A stretch of 64,000 nt of DNA from Balanoglossus misakiensis (lineage: Eukaryota > Animalia > Hemichordata). The stretch covers positions 6,947,129 to 7,011,128 of the forward strand of contig CM082576.2 of NCBI GenBank assembly GCA_040954595.2. The letters are read 5' to 3'. How positions within the stretch are numbered: the stretch's first letter is position 1; each line of letters opens with the position of its first letter. Below are positions 1 to 18,468 of the stretch, one piece after another. The notes beneath the pieces were generated by a model. The model was not told where the DNA came from and did no database searches. It worked only from the letters and a program-made list of their open reading frames with translations. The translations under genes and the position numbers were made by a program.

Positions 1-1744
1 CAGCTGAAGTGTGTTTCCCGTGGTGACAACGCCTTACCAGCACAATCGTGAATTCATTCGAGGGGGGTTACAGCATTTAAGAAAAAGAGAAAGCGGGGAA
101 TCTCCTGGATGTGTGTGGACGCGCAGTCAAAAGTAGCACCACGGAGCAGAAACACCCCCAAGACCCTGCAATATTCACAGATCACCAAGTAAATACATTA
201 CCTTGGAACATTCCATTCGCTCGCGGAGGTCAACAGCGGCCGTGCGTGTAAGTCAGCACGCTGGCCAGCCCACAATGGAATCTGCTATCTTGGTTTTCAA
301 TTATCTAAAGTGCTGCCCGGCCAGACACATTTTAAAAATTTGGGATTTTTATGCCAGTGGTGAGATAGGGAAAATATTTGAAGGCTGCCGGTATATCAGT
401 GAATTAGCACGTGGAGCGAACCACATCCAATTACGGGAAATGTTGAAATGATGGAAATTCAATAATCTGTAAATGATATTTGCATAACACTGATATATGC
501 ATCTCACTAGTCATAAGTAGCTTTAAATACAACAAAATATAATAATTAATATAACATGCGAAATGGTGTTTAAAAATGCATTTGTGCTTTTCTGAACTGT
601 GTATTAAAAGAAAACTACATGTTGTAACAATCATTAATTTTTTTCATATCACCCGGCAAGGACATCCATGTGATTCTGTCCTCACTAATGGTGTAAACTA
701 CCAAATAACGGTATAGAAGAAAAAACTTGCATTGACAGATGGGCTGTTCTATTATTAACCAAGGGGTGAAGGAGTGGGCGTACTGCAAGAGAAAAAATCA
801 ATATCGTAGTGAGTGGTATGCAAACGTGTACATAAAGCTACTATGTGAAGTCAATATTGCAAGCAGCCATCAGCCATGATTTATGGCTATACACAAATTT
901 TGACCTACCGACTCTGTCGTTGTGGGTTTTGATAAGTCAACATTATGATTACATGCTAGTACATGTACTTTTAGTGGGTCTCATGATTTTAAAAGGCAAA
1001 TTTGAAATACAATAGAATGAGTACATGCCAGGTTTATTATATCTGATATACATGGTTTTATAACAAAATACTGATGCAAGGTTACATTCATAGTGTAGAT
1101 TTCTGGAGATGATGCTGAACTTTACTTTTTCAAATTGCACTTCATCTTCTTAAAAAAAACAGTACAATTATTTGTTGTTTACCCGTGTCACATTACCCTT
1201 TTGTGGAATTGAAACTCAATAGTTTCCCTTGATTGGTAAATTTTGCTTTCTTCACGATGCATACAGTGGGCACAGGTGAAGTAGGCGTTTTTTGTTGTTG
1301 TTTTTTTGGGGGGGAAACAAACAAATAGACAAACAAACAAATAGATAAACAAACTAATAAGTAGAAGGGTAAACACACACCAATTACGAAAAAATGTGTT
1401 GTGAAACTGCAAACTTGCCAATACAAACAATAGTTAATAAGGTTGGAAAGAACATTTTCATCGGGAAAATAAGGAGATGCGAAATGTCAGAGGGAATATG
1501 TTTCTCACAATAGCAAATAGATGCATCCATCTTTAATATTAATTAACATTTTTCTGGGTAATAACACCGACTCACCGATTTTTATCAACTTTAAAATATC
1601 AAATTAAGCATCAATAAATATGTATCAATAAATACTTACATCTTTGCAGAGACTAGCATATCTAGTTGGATATATTCGTCTCCAATAGAAGAATTAAAAG
1701 CTTTATGCCAATATTCTAATTTCCCGCAATATATATGAACTAAG

Positions 1745-1912
1745 GCGTGACCTAATGTTGACCTTTATTTAGGACGGCTTTGTGTGCGTGCGCATGCGTA
1801 AAAAATTTTACGCTTCGCGATTCCAATGAAAGAATGATCTTGATTGGGTAGCATTTACATGAATAAGCCAATCGATACATAGCTTAGAACCAACCATATT
1901 AAAATGGCAGAC
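1745..1912 (+). promoter_or_regulatory. Putative MRPL14 promoter with TGACCT half-sites, NRF1-like TGCGCATGCG, CCAAT box and YY1-like AAAATGGC
   Basis: Motifs at ~1748/1759 (TGACCT), ~1789 (TGCGCATGCGTA), ~1868 (CCAAT) and ~1901 (AAAATGGC), upstream of a likely non-coding exon donor at 2013 (GTAAGA). Motif match only. Confidence 0.45.
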
Positions 1913-2288
1913 GGCCACCATGTGTAAAACCTGGCTCTGGGCTGCATCTGCTGAATGAAATAGCCAGAAAGAACGTAAAACAAGCAGAAATTGACGCTGA
2001 CATCGATATACGGTAAGAATGTCTGGACCTTCACTGGTCCTCACCAGCTAGTAGCACGGCAGCAATGCCAATACGATCGTATCCATACCAAGTACATCTC
2101 ACTATCGCCTTCTGTGGAAAATATGTAGTTTAATAGCGTCAACGATGTATTGCAAGCTTTCTGTGTGTATTCAGGCCAAGAATATAGCGTTGATGACTTG
2201 TTCCATTCAATGATGCACGCGCCATGTATCAGGGACGGAATGGCATGTGGTAATTTCTCCATCTTTTATTCTCAGTCACATTACAGAA

Positions 2289-2995
2289 ATGACTCTGCTG
2301 GGTAATCTTTGCAGGAATCTAGTGAAGTCATGTATTCCTCTGCAGACACAGCAAAGTTGTCAGTTTAGGTAAGTTGTCAGTGATGGGATCAGTTTCACAT
2401 GTACAAGTTACATATTAGATGAGTGGGGATGTATTATTACCCCTGTAAATGAGCAAGACACAGACAACATTATTGCGACTTTGCACATCATTACCCATCT
2501 TGAATGTGTCATAGCAGTAGAACTGTTGCAGATCAAACAGGTCTTCATCACTTGTACTGACTGTAGTTTGGATTTGTGTTGATCACCTGACATCTGCATG
2601 GTTCCATAAACGTTGATCTACTCTTCTCCAGCACCTCCAATCCGAGAAGCGCCATCATCTTGCTGAGTCGTCTGCGCGTGGTGGACAACAGCGCACTGGG
2701 CGCAGCGTCCAGGTACAAGCCACCCAGGTGCATACATGTGTACAACAAACAGCGAGTGGGCAAAGTTGGAGACAAAGTGCTGATCGCCATCAAGGGACAG
2801 AAAAAGAAAGCTCTGATTGTCGGCACCAAGATGCCCGGGGCAAGAAACATGCCCAAGTTTGACACCAACAACATCATTCTCCTGGAGGAGAGCGGCAACC
2901 CCACCGGGTCCAGGATTACTGTGCCGATACCGTCACACCTCAGACAGAGACAGGACTTATCCAAAGTATTTGCTATAGCAAGTAAATTTGTTTGA
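2289..2995 (+). CDS. MRPL14: Mitochondrial ribosomal protein L14 (uL14m); coding exons 2289-2368 and 2632-2995
   Basis: [11 protein letters not shown]...[22 protein letters not shown]...[25 protein letters not shown] is the uL14m signature. The upstream exon [14 protein letters not shown]... joins in phase through a GT-AG intron. Confidence 0.95.
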
Positions 2996-3900
2996 CGTAT
3001 GACTGAGTGGTATACCGGTGATGTTCCATGTGATTTGTGCTTTTAAAATATGCTCACTGGGGAAGACTGAAGTGGGTGTTTTGTAAAATTGTTCTAGGAA
3101 TACTAAGCAATTTTACAAATTTTCACGAAGTTTCAACTAATTATGCCGTGTGCATGATAAGTAGCTCATCATTTATCGTGTCTTCATAATTTACACCAGG
3201 TTTGAAATCAGAATGTGTAGGGTTGTGAGAACCATGTCATGCATAACACGGCGTTCAGTGGTTGAGGAAAGTTTATGACTCTTTTGTTGCAGAGGTACAC
3301 TGTGTGGATTCATGTATCTTTTAAAATAAAATTTTGCACCAAGTTGTTGCCGTGGAAACTGTTGACTGGTTGTACCATAATGACTGACAACCCCCTGTGT
3401 GACTGACAAGTTTGTGTGGCACAGCGAGATCAGTCCAAAGTCGACTCCGAGGAGACCAAGATGTTTGGTTTTGCACTAGCTGGCATTTCATTTACAGTTG
3501 TTGGCTTCTATCTGTGTAGTGATGCATTCCCAGTTTGTTCAGTATCACAGTAGACACACACTGACTAGCCATGAGGGTAGCATATGTATGTGTCGCACCC
3601 CCACCCCATCTATATATATTGGTGAAAGTGGAGGAATAGGACCGAGACAATTTATAATTCAAATAGACAATGTGTTTATTGATATACAAAATTGTACAAA
3701 AATGAACACAGCAGTAAACGTGTGGTTGTGACTGATATCTTTAATATGACAAAATACCCGTTTATTACTGTGGTATTTCTGTAAAACGGTCTGATTAGGA
3801 TTTTTTTTAACATTGGAATGATATTGCGGACGGAGTAGGCTTAGATGCCACCACCCTGACGCAGTACAAGGTGGAATCTGTCTCATCCATATGTACTTTC

Positions 3901-9090
<5,190 letters not shown>

Positions 9091-12000
9091 GATCGGCGTT
9101 AGCTGCTGCAATGATCGGAGTCCTCTCCTAAGACACCGGGAGAATGAACAATACTGTGATAGTCTCGGTTTAAAGGCACAGAATCAAAGTAAAATATTGC
9201 TACGGGGATTTGTGCTCGTGCCGGTAATTGTTATAATCACGGCGTGGAACTGGCCGTCGACGCCAACTCACGGTGTTCTCTCCGTGATCCCTGAACGTTG
9301 CCGCTGATACCGACCTGCCTCGTCGATCACCTACAAACACATGATGCTTTCCTACCTTGACAGTGGCGGTTTCTGTTTATCTCTTCTATAGTGTGTCGCT
9401 TTTGACAGCGATGAAAGTGATATATGCTCATGACAATCAGTATTGAAGTAGGATAATTCTCTGGTCAGCTAGCTGATGAACCACCTGCGAACACGGAGAG
9501 CAAGCAGCGCAGAGAAGGGGATGTGTCGGCAACCGATGCAGACGCCGTTTACGCGGCTGGCGGTGCATCAAGTGATTTCTACCGTGTAACATAACACATC
9601 ATCCAACCGAGCCTCCTACATAATTTCTCCTCTATGCGATGAAACGAGGACACCACTTTTCCCCATCAGCTGCACGTTCCGCCTGTTTGTTGTCGACAAT
9701 CTTGAGCTCTACTGTGCGAGATGCGGCGGTTGTCGCTGGCAAGTCGGTTTCACGACGAACAAAAAACCAAAGGCGGGGACGGACATTCGGAGAACAGAAC
9801 TTGAAATTACTGACAGACTTTTCGATGTTCCGCGATTTCTTCACCACCTCCGTACTTCTCTCTGATGGAGCAAATCTTTCAGGCTGGCTCTGAGACGGCA
9901 GCGTACAATGTTTTTAACAGTCGTCTGGGCTGTAAGGACATTGTGCGCACGCGCACAGGTGCTCTCTCTTTGGTGTTATGTAGATTGTCTGTGGATTTCC
10001 CGAGATATATCTTCCATGTGTATTATTTATGCAACATGAATTGCTATTCATGTGTTTGTTCGATTAAGTTGCCTTGTCGAGCTGCCCCGATTCGTGATCA
10101 TTCTCCAAGTGTTTTTTTTTTTTTCAATTAGGCCTGTAGGTCCTAAAATTTATAGCAATCAACAACAGTTCCTTTGGCGATCTCATTCAAAGAAGTCGGA
10201 AAGTCATTTTTTTCTCTCGCTGTGTTAATAAACAGACGGAAGATCTGACTTTTCAATATGTTTTTGCATTTCACGTAGCCACCGACTCGTGACACTTAGC
10301 GTATATTCAGATTGATTTCCCTCTATCACAAAGCGACAGAAGGGCTGTGATAGAAGTGTAATCGAATGATTTCAAAATTCTGTACAGTCATAGCCAGTCC
10401 ATTTAAACGTTTCAAAACCCAAACCACGCCATCCCACCCCAGAAATATTAAATATCAGTTCAAAATAACGGACACAACGTCATAAGTATGCGCGTTCCGA
10501 CATCAACCTTACTGATTATGAACGACATCGTACCAGTTGATTGTTAATATGTGGTATCCCTAGTTGCTGTTTTTTGTTAGGTTGTGGTTTGTTAGTTTTA
10601 TTGGGTTTGCATGCAATCGCAAGGAAATGTCGCATTTACGTATATAGTGTATTGTACCTGTATGTTTTATTCGTAGAATCTGAACATCATTTTGGGAATC
10701 CACCGCATACGGGAATTCATGTATTAGACTTCCTGTTTAGAAACAACATGAAAATTTACTCGTCAGTTTAAATGCAGACCTAAGGTTCACGTTTCTGTTT
10801 GCTGTACGAACAGACAACAAAAAGCCTAAGTGCCCTATGATCCCCGATCACTTTCTTACAGACACAAAGTCTGGTTTTCATAATGGAGTACTCGTCAACA
10901 GGCAACTGAAGTGACTAGTCAAGGGTTCAAAGAAGCATTACTGTAGGTCATTACATTGCGATTTGAACGTGTTTCATTGCCTATTGTCTGTTCGCCGACG
11001 CGTCATCACCTGTTTTGCAATTTGACTGTTAGAGTCTGGGTTCATCACTGACTACGATAACAACAAGTCCCGCGGCGTTAAGGGAACTCTTTAGATATTA
11101 CAAGGCTCATGCGCTCGCATTCAATAGTCACGACCCGCCACTAAACGCCGACCTACCCCCGCCATTATTTTGTTGTTCGGCAAGAAATTATCCCTTTGAT
11201 GACTGTTGCGTTGCTATGGACACGAGAATTTTGCTTTTCCCCTCACTATCCCCTATGAGTTCGTCGGTGGCTAATTCATGGTGTTCGACGCAATTTTCAG
11301 CGAGACCCCAAAGATCAAGGGTTACAGTATTTCGTTATTAGAATTAAATAGATAAATACCACAGCCTTGAAATATTCGTTGATTCAGTAGATTTTCGGGG
11401 GGAAAGGCTCCATATTGCATGTAATAAAACGTTTACAATTGAGTATTGGCTGTGTTCGTGTTCTCAAGGTCCAAATAACGACCAAAAATGAATCGAATTT
11501 AATGAGAAGAAAAAAAAACATAAAAACATCCCCGCAACCAACATTTTCAAAACCATGAAAATGTTTTGGATCATTCATGATAAAATTGAGTTTATAGGAG
11601 CCATGATATATTTGGAGAGGTCACGGCTTGTGATATCCCGTATGAAGATGCCTTTTTGATTCGCCTTGATTTGACCTTGTTTTTGAAAACACAATGATTG
11701 TTGTATGCCTCGATAATCGCCTTATGGTGTTCTAGCTTCTTATATTTATAAGTAAAACAGTAAATCCGATTTAGTGAATGGCATAGATACACAATGAGAT
11801 GTCTTCTCTTATTTTTCAAAATATCATTTAACGACCGAGAAACCATAACAACAACGTAGTGATTTGGAATCTCCAGATTTTGCCGCACGGTGGCGCGCTT
11901 GCATCGGTTATGCAAATCGATGAGCATTTTCACCGAGGATTTCCAAATGTGGTGTATTTTCCACGGGAATAATTGACCTCGTGATAGCAGCTCCATTCTA

Positions 12001-12141
12001 GACTCCTCCTTTACCGTCACTCCATCCCGCCGTGGTCGAGGGATGTCGCGATAGCAGCCGGGAGAACGATACGGATTTTGCCAGCACAACCAACGGGCGT
12101 TCATAGACTGGGTGGCTCGACACTAGCGCTCAGGCGATGCG

Positions 12142-14961
12142 ATGGCGGAGGGAAAATTAATCGCCGTCAGGAATTGCCTATGGAAGTATCTGACCGGTGT
12201 TGTGCGTTTGTGGGGTTTGTTAACCGCCGTGTGTAAGTAGCATTCCTGTATAAAACATCTCATTAAAATCGAGGTAACGAAACGATTGCGTTGGATTTGT
12301 GCGAGTACAATCAGCCGTTGTCGGATTTACAAAATAAAACAGCGAAATTATTGACATTGCAGAGCATTTCAATTGCAATGGAATTAGATTGCGACGTGGC
12401 AGTAATAACATAGCTCAACGCACCTGATATAAATGGTTGATCTTTGCACGATCCGCGTCTGATGAATATCAATGATTTAATAATGGCGTTTGCAATATAT
12501 GTAACATTGATTCCTATATTTGTGCACAATATTGTCGGATCGCCTTGTTTGGATTATTTTAACAGCTACCAGTTGATCTTAAAAAAAGAATATTTTACCG
12601 AATACATGTTTGCATTTCCCGACGGATCGCGGATAAGGTCAGTTCTATGACCCACGAACTATTAAACCAACCATTCGCTAGCGCGCGTGTTGTACACACG
12701 AAGACAATATCACAACCCATTTTGAGGCTATTTCATTTGCAGTTCTCACCCCTCGCGATTCATAAAACAGGAAAGCTTTCTTTTCGCTGATATTCAAACG
12801 AGACAATAAACTGAGGCCATTTTTCTCTGAGTTGAGATTTTAGGTCAGGTTGTCGTACGGTATACAGTGGAATATACGCATTTTATTGTGAATAGTAGCG
12901 TGATTAAAAATTGAAACCTGATCGAATAATAATGCTATTAGAAATCTACATGCTGAACGATTTCTTTCATAATATATTCATTAAAGTTCAATGTGAATGA
13001 CTAATAGTACAGTAAGGTTCTTCAGCATCGTGACAAGATTCAGGCAGTCGGGCAGAAATAGAAAAGGGAAAACTAAAAAAATCCTTGAAACATAATCCCG
13101 TTGTCAATGAAATGCAGGGGGGAAATCGAACATGTGTGTATGAAACTAACAGCAGCAAATCTCACTGTTATCTATGACAAAAATCATTGACGTACATTTT
13201 GTCAAATGAACAAAATTGAATATGGCAATTGAGCCGGGTCGAATGACAAAGTTGAATTAACCATTTTCAACCGATATTTGTTTTCTGTTCCCAGGTCTTC
13301 TGGCAACAGGTATTACCTCATTCCGAGACAGACCTTTAGAAGTATGGATAGGCGTATATTACACGTGAGTATATTGAAGATCATCCGAACGATTTCTGCT
13401 AGGCCTGGATATTTTCTGACGTACACGATTTCGCATTGCGGAAATGAGAATTTGAAGCCAGGCAATTGTAGAAATTTGATTGGTTCGCAGACAGACTGCA
13501 CTATTGTGCGTCACGATGACGTAGCGCCGGCCACGATGACGTAGCGCTTGTTTCAGGTTACGAGGTACACCACACTACATTTCCTGGCGAAATGTCTATA
13601 ATTGATAGACATCATTATTTTTCTCTTGTTCAGTACCCTATCAAATGACATAAGATTTTGAAATCCATTTCCGCATGAGAAAACTTACAAAGAATACCGT
13701 TTTATAGTGTGTGATTTGAGTTTTTATTATAATTCATGTTTTCACCATCAAGTCAGAGATCTTCCGTCGTCGCAAGTTATTTTACGTTAACGACCGTGAA
13801 AAGGGCGACCATACTTTTATATTGAATGCACATCCACACGGAACGAGATGCGCTCCTTTCGTCCAAAGGGTCTGGCCTTTTGAAGAACTCACCGTTTTCG
13901 ATGTTGCCTATAGCAGTCTGTGGTTTTCAGTACGTGCAGCAATAAGCGGGAGAGACATAGTTTGAAATCGCCTTTCTCTGGTTTAAATATTTGATCCCAG
14001 CTCAACATGCTCAAGGTCACGTCTGATGTATCACCGGTTTTACTTTCAGAGTTGTTGGAATCTTAGTGGCCATTCTAGAACTGGCGTTTATCTTCACTAA
14101 GTGCAAACTGTGCAGGTGAGAACTCCGATTGTTCCGTCACGATGCGGCCACAAAAAGAGTTTTACTCTAAGAATAATAGCATGAATAGGGCAGCACCTAT
14201 ACTTTGCCTTGGTATGAAAAAGGGGAACCCATTCGTGCAATGTGACTCTGTCTGTCTGTCTGTCTGTCTCTGTTTTTACTTGTTTCTCTCGTCTTGAAGT
14301 TTGGTGGCTATGACTCTGGGGTACACTGACTAAAACGATTACTTTTCCAGGGAAGAGGGACTTTGCTGGCGTGCTATCGTTTGGTTCGACAACTGGAAAA
14401 AGGCGATTCTCTATATTTTGGTTTCTATTGTTTGTTTTGTGTTCCCGTTTGGTGTTCCACTGGGAATTCTATCTGGTATGTAATTTTCGAATTATTTTTT
14501 TTACTTTGAGGTCTCCGCGATGATCATAAAACATAATTATATAGTAAGTCATTTATCTGTTCAGTGTAAGCTCTTTCCGAGTGGAGTGTTATCTCAAAAT
14601 ACCGTTCTGGTACGTTAAAAGAAGCTGGGCAGAAATTGTCGACACGTTTTACTGAATACTTTGCACGGACTGCTCCTATCACCACAGACGTGTTCGTTCA
14701 ATAGAGTTGTGAATCTTCGACAGGTGCTGCGAGAGTTCAAAAGAAAGATCCGCCTGTTGTTACGTTGTCACTGTATTATTAGTGTGCTTATTCGGTCCCT
14801 TCTCTACCTTCTCAGGGTGCATGTTGTTGGTGGCCGCGTTGATGTATTCTGTCAAAACTTGCAAGCCTTCCGATGAAGAAGAGGAGAGGCAGCAGCTGTC
14901 TGAAGAATACGATGTACTCAGAAATGCGCCCCCACAGCCCACTAGCCAGAATGGACATTGA
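12142..14961 (+). CDS. TMEM72: TMEM72 / Flower (CACFD1)-family small multi-pass membrane protein; exons 12142-12232, 13295-13364, 14050-14115, 14351-14475, 14816-14961
   Basis: Not in the ORF track. Five GT-AG exons join in phase (1,2,2,1) to give MAEGKLIAVRNCLWKYLTGVVRLWGLLTAVCLLATG...VVGILVAILELAFIFTKCKLC...WFDNWKKAILYILVSIVCFVFP...SGCMLLVAALMY..., which resembles TMEM72 from memory. Orthology not computed. Confidence 0.72.
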
Positions 14962-15009
14962 TCGGTTACCTCAGTCAACGAGGGACGGTGAAGGAGGGGG
15001 ATTTCCCCC

Positions 15010-15783
15010 TCAGTCCATTGCCCCATGCTACAACCGGGTGGGGGTATACGGTTGGGAAACAAAGTTTGCATGTGGTTTAATAGGGTCATAGTTCTAGTGA
15101 TTAGACCTATATCAGTTCGATCAAATTTTCTGTCTGGTATGTGGGCGATGGATTTTGTGGCGATTTTTTTGCAAATTTCATAGATTTGTCTCGCCTAAAG
15201 GAGAAATGTTCTGTCAAAAATGACAGACGCGACATCCGAAACTTATCTTTTGAAAATAATCGTCGATATGTCTATACACGATATTTGTATGTCAACTAGC
15301 ATATGTTTTGGTTTATTTCTATAGTAACCTTTCGTAAAGTTTGAAATTGAAATTTGATTTGACTACTCAGCATTGGCGGCGAATCATCTCAAATAGTGTT
15401 TTGAGGAAAAGTTATTGGTCACAAATTTACTTGACTTCTGACATCAAAGTCAAATTTCAAACTACTACATTCCACCTGAAAATCATCATGTCTGTTGAAC
15501 AGTCGGACTTTCTGATAATCGAAAAAAATGATGAAATGCTAGTTATGGTCCGACCAAACGAAATCCGAAGGTGGTATGAACGGGTTCATATTAATGCTGA
15601 TCTGTGTACTTACAAGTTGCCTTTGTAAAATAAAGAGTCCGTAGCAAAACTAACGCTGCATGCCCTGTTATAAGTTACGTGTACGAGTGTGTGTGGTAGT
15701 AGAGAATGCTGTTGGACGTGAGGGGCTTGCATACAGTATACTGCTCCGCGAGAAATGACGGTCTGACTTGAGTTCCGTGATTT
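15010..15783 (+). repeat. Direct repeat copy 1 (TMEM72-like 3' UTR/flank, includes AATAAA at ~15629)
   Basis: TCAGTCCATTG...GAGTTCCGTGATTT recurs in the same orientation at 38537-39366. Confidence 0.93.
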
Positions 15784-16083
15784 CGTCGTCCAATGTAAAT
15801 GAAGTGTGCTCGCTAGTTGAAATACATGGTCTGGTCGTTCCACCTTGCAAAAAGAGTCAAAAATACGGATTTGAAAATGTTGTTATTCTGATTAGAATCA
15901 GAAACGCATTGTTAGTGAATAGATATTTAGGTGACGATGATTTTCCCCTACTCCAACATTTCAAAACGCATGGTAAATTCTTTCGAATGTGGAATCGTGT
16001 GATGTTCAAAATGTCTGGCAAACTACGACAAAAGAATCCGAAATTTCAACAGTTATGTAATTGTGTCAGCACTTTTGATGCGG

Positions 16084-16230
16084 GTGACGTCACGTGACGT
16101 GACGTGACGTGACGTGACTTGAGACGTGACTATGCAAAGCTTTCGCTGCTGATTGGTTGGAGCCACCTGGACCACCTCCACTTGGAAATTTCCGTCTAGC
16201 CTTCCGTGTATTTTCATAAGAGAGTCAGAC
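16084..16230 (+). promoter_or_regulatory. Inward-facing Pol II-like promoter in the left arm
   Basis: TGACGTCA (16085), CACGTG (16091), (TGACG)n, GCTGATTGG inverted CCAAT (~16152), GGAAATTTCC (16184) and CTTCCG, followed by a strong G|GTAAGT donor at 16322. Confidence 0.5.
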
Positions 16231-17548
16231 GGCCACGCTGCTGCACGGACCACGAGAAGATGCGGAGAACTCTGCCCCCCAAAAAGAGTTTCTCCGCTGG
16301 ATAGTTTTCATGACGACAGCGGTAAGTAAAGTATAACAGAAGTAGACACAGTTACTCAATTTTTGACCAGAAGCATGGGTTATTCTGTGGCGAGTTACGG
16401 ACAACTAAAAGTCAGACGTTTACACCACAGAATTGAAAAATTTGATGCGCCACAGTCGGACAGCTCCAGTCAGCGCTGCCCTGCTTTTTAATTCACAAAT
16501 TCCCGCACCCTTTCGCGTTACTAATGATATACGGTCTATCAAATCATTAAGACAAGTCGGTGTTTTAGCTCTACTGGTGGGCGGCATTTTTTTACATAAA
16601 AAACAAGGTAGTTTTTCGGGAAAGGGGAGGGGGGCTACGATGAATTGGTAGCGGGTTCGATGAATTGACAGCTACAGCGGGTACACGTGCAGTCAGCGTG
16701 TTTTCGGGTGTAAATGAATGCAAATTTTGTATTATACTACCAGACAATGGCAAAAGTAGTAGGCTTTGAAACGCTTCATTGGAAACAGTTATTTTTGAGT
16801 GTGTGTCCGTGCAGTCTTTGCCAAAAATATTTTTGTCGGATTGCCATGCCGGGGTTTTAGACTACTTGTCTGACAACGAAGCCCTACAACACATATTGTC
16901 GTCGTGTATGATGTACAATATGCGAATTAACAACAGTTTAGCGTGCGGTAATCACGGTTGATATTTGGTTTCGTGTACATGGATGTGGATAGGCATTAAT
17001 TTTTTTTCTCATTTTGCAGATTGGAGGCCCCGGTGAACTGATGGTGTACGTTCAACGCGGATGCTATGATGTTACAAGCATGATGTCAAAGTAAGCGGTA
17101 TTAGCCAAGTTTTTTGGGCAATTTTTAAGAACTTTCAACGATTCTGACTGGTGCCGGTAGCCAGTTCAGCGAACCGATTTTGCACAAATCTGAAGAATGC
17201 AACAATGCGGATGCTATATGGATGCCATTTTAAAGTTTTAAGACCAACAGGACTACATGCTCGGTGCATGGGTCATTTTGTTACGGCACCAACAAGTTCA
17301 TTGGCTTTGAATGCTTCGAAAGGTGCTCGTTGTTGTGAGTGTGTGTGCATGTGTGTCACGGTAAGTTGTACGGTATATTTGGGCCATGCAACTAGCCTAC
17401 AATGAGGTGAGCGTTTGTATGATCCATGGCTGAATGAAGACCAGTGGATTATATGAGGCTTAAAACAAGTAAGTTATATAGACATAAATAAAATCCCCGG
17501 GGCGGGTGGGTCCCATCCCTCAGACCGACGGTTTAACATAATTAATAC

Positions 17549-18468
17549 AGGTTTTGTCAGATATGTCATCTTTCGTCATTTTTCAATAAAAAATTAAAAG
17601 CATACACGTTGTACTGATAAACTGAGTGGTTTATTTCCGTACCGATCATCTTCAAGCGTGCGTATTTACTAGTAGTTAATCTAGGTTTTGTCAGATTTGT
17701 CATCTTTCGTCATTTTTCAATAAAAAATTAAAAACATACACGTTGTACTGATAAACTGAGTGGTTTATTTCCGTACCGATCATCTTCAAGCGTGCGTATT
17801 TACTAGTAGTTAATCTAGGTTTTGTCAGATTTGTCATCTTCCGTCATTTTTCAATAAAAAATTAAAAACATACACGTTGTACTGATAAACTGAGTGGTTT
17901 ATTTCCGTACCGATCATCTTCAAGCGTGCGTATTTACTAGTAGTTAATATAGGTTTTGTCAGATTTGTCATCTTTCGTCATTTTTCAATAAAAAATTAAA
18001 AACATACACGTTGTACTGATAAACTGAGTGGTTTATTTCCGTACCGATCATCTTCAAGCGTGCGTATTTAGTAGTAGTTAATCTAGGTTTTGTCAGATTT
18101 GTCATCTTTCGTCATTTTTCAATAAAAAATTAAAAACATACACGTTGTACTGATAAACTGAGTGGTTTATTTCCGTACCGATCATCTTCAAGCGTGCGTA
18201 TTTACTAGTAGTTAATCTAGGTTTTGTCAGATTTGTCATCTTTCGTCATTTTTCAATAAAAAATTAAAAACATACACGTTGTACTGATAAACTGAGTGGT
18301 TTATTTCCGTACCGATCATCTTCAAGCGTGCGTATTTACTAGTAGTTAATATAGGTTTTGTCAGATTTGTCATCTTTCGTCATTTTTCAATAAAAAATTA
18401 AAAACATACACGTTGTACTGATAAACTGAGTGGTTTATTTCCGTACCGATCATCTTCGAGCGTGCGTA
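17549..18468 (+). repeat. 134-bp tandem array, ~7 copies (left arm)
   Basis: AGGTTTTGTCAG starts at 17549, 17683, 17817, 17951, 18085, 18219 and 18353. Confidence 0.97.

Noticed and set aside
38-165. Possible minus-strand exon (TTGCAG acceptor, GTAAGG donor) of a gene divergent from MRPL14
   Set aside because: No recognisable product and the rest would lie outside the window.
11592-12104. 170-aa minus-strand ORF and other short ORFs antisense to real exons
   Set aside because: No recognisable motifs; they overlap promoter regions or are shadows of genes on the opposite strand.
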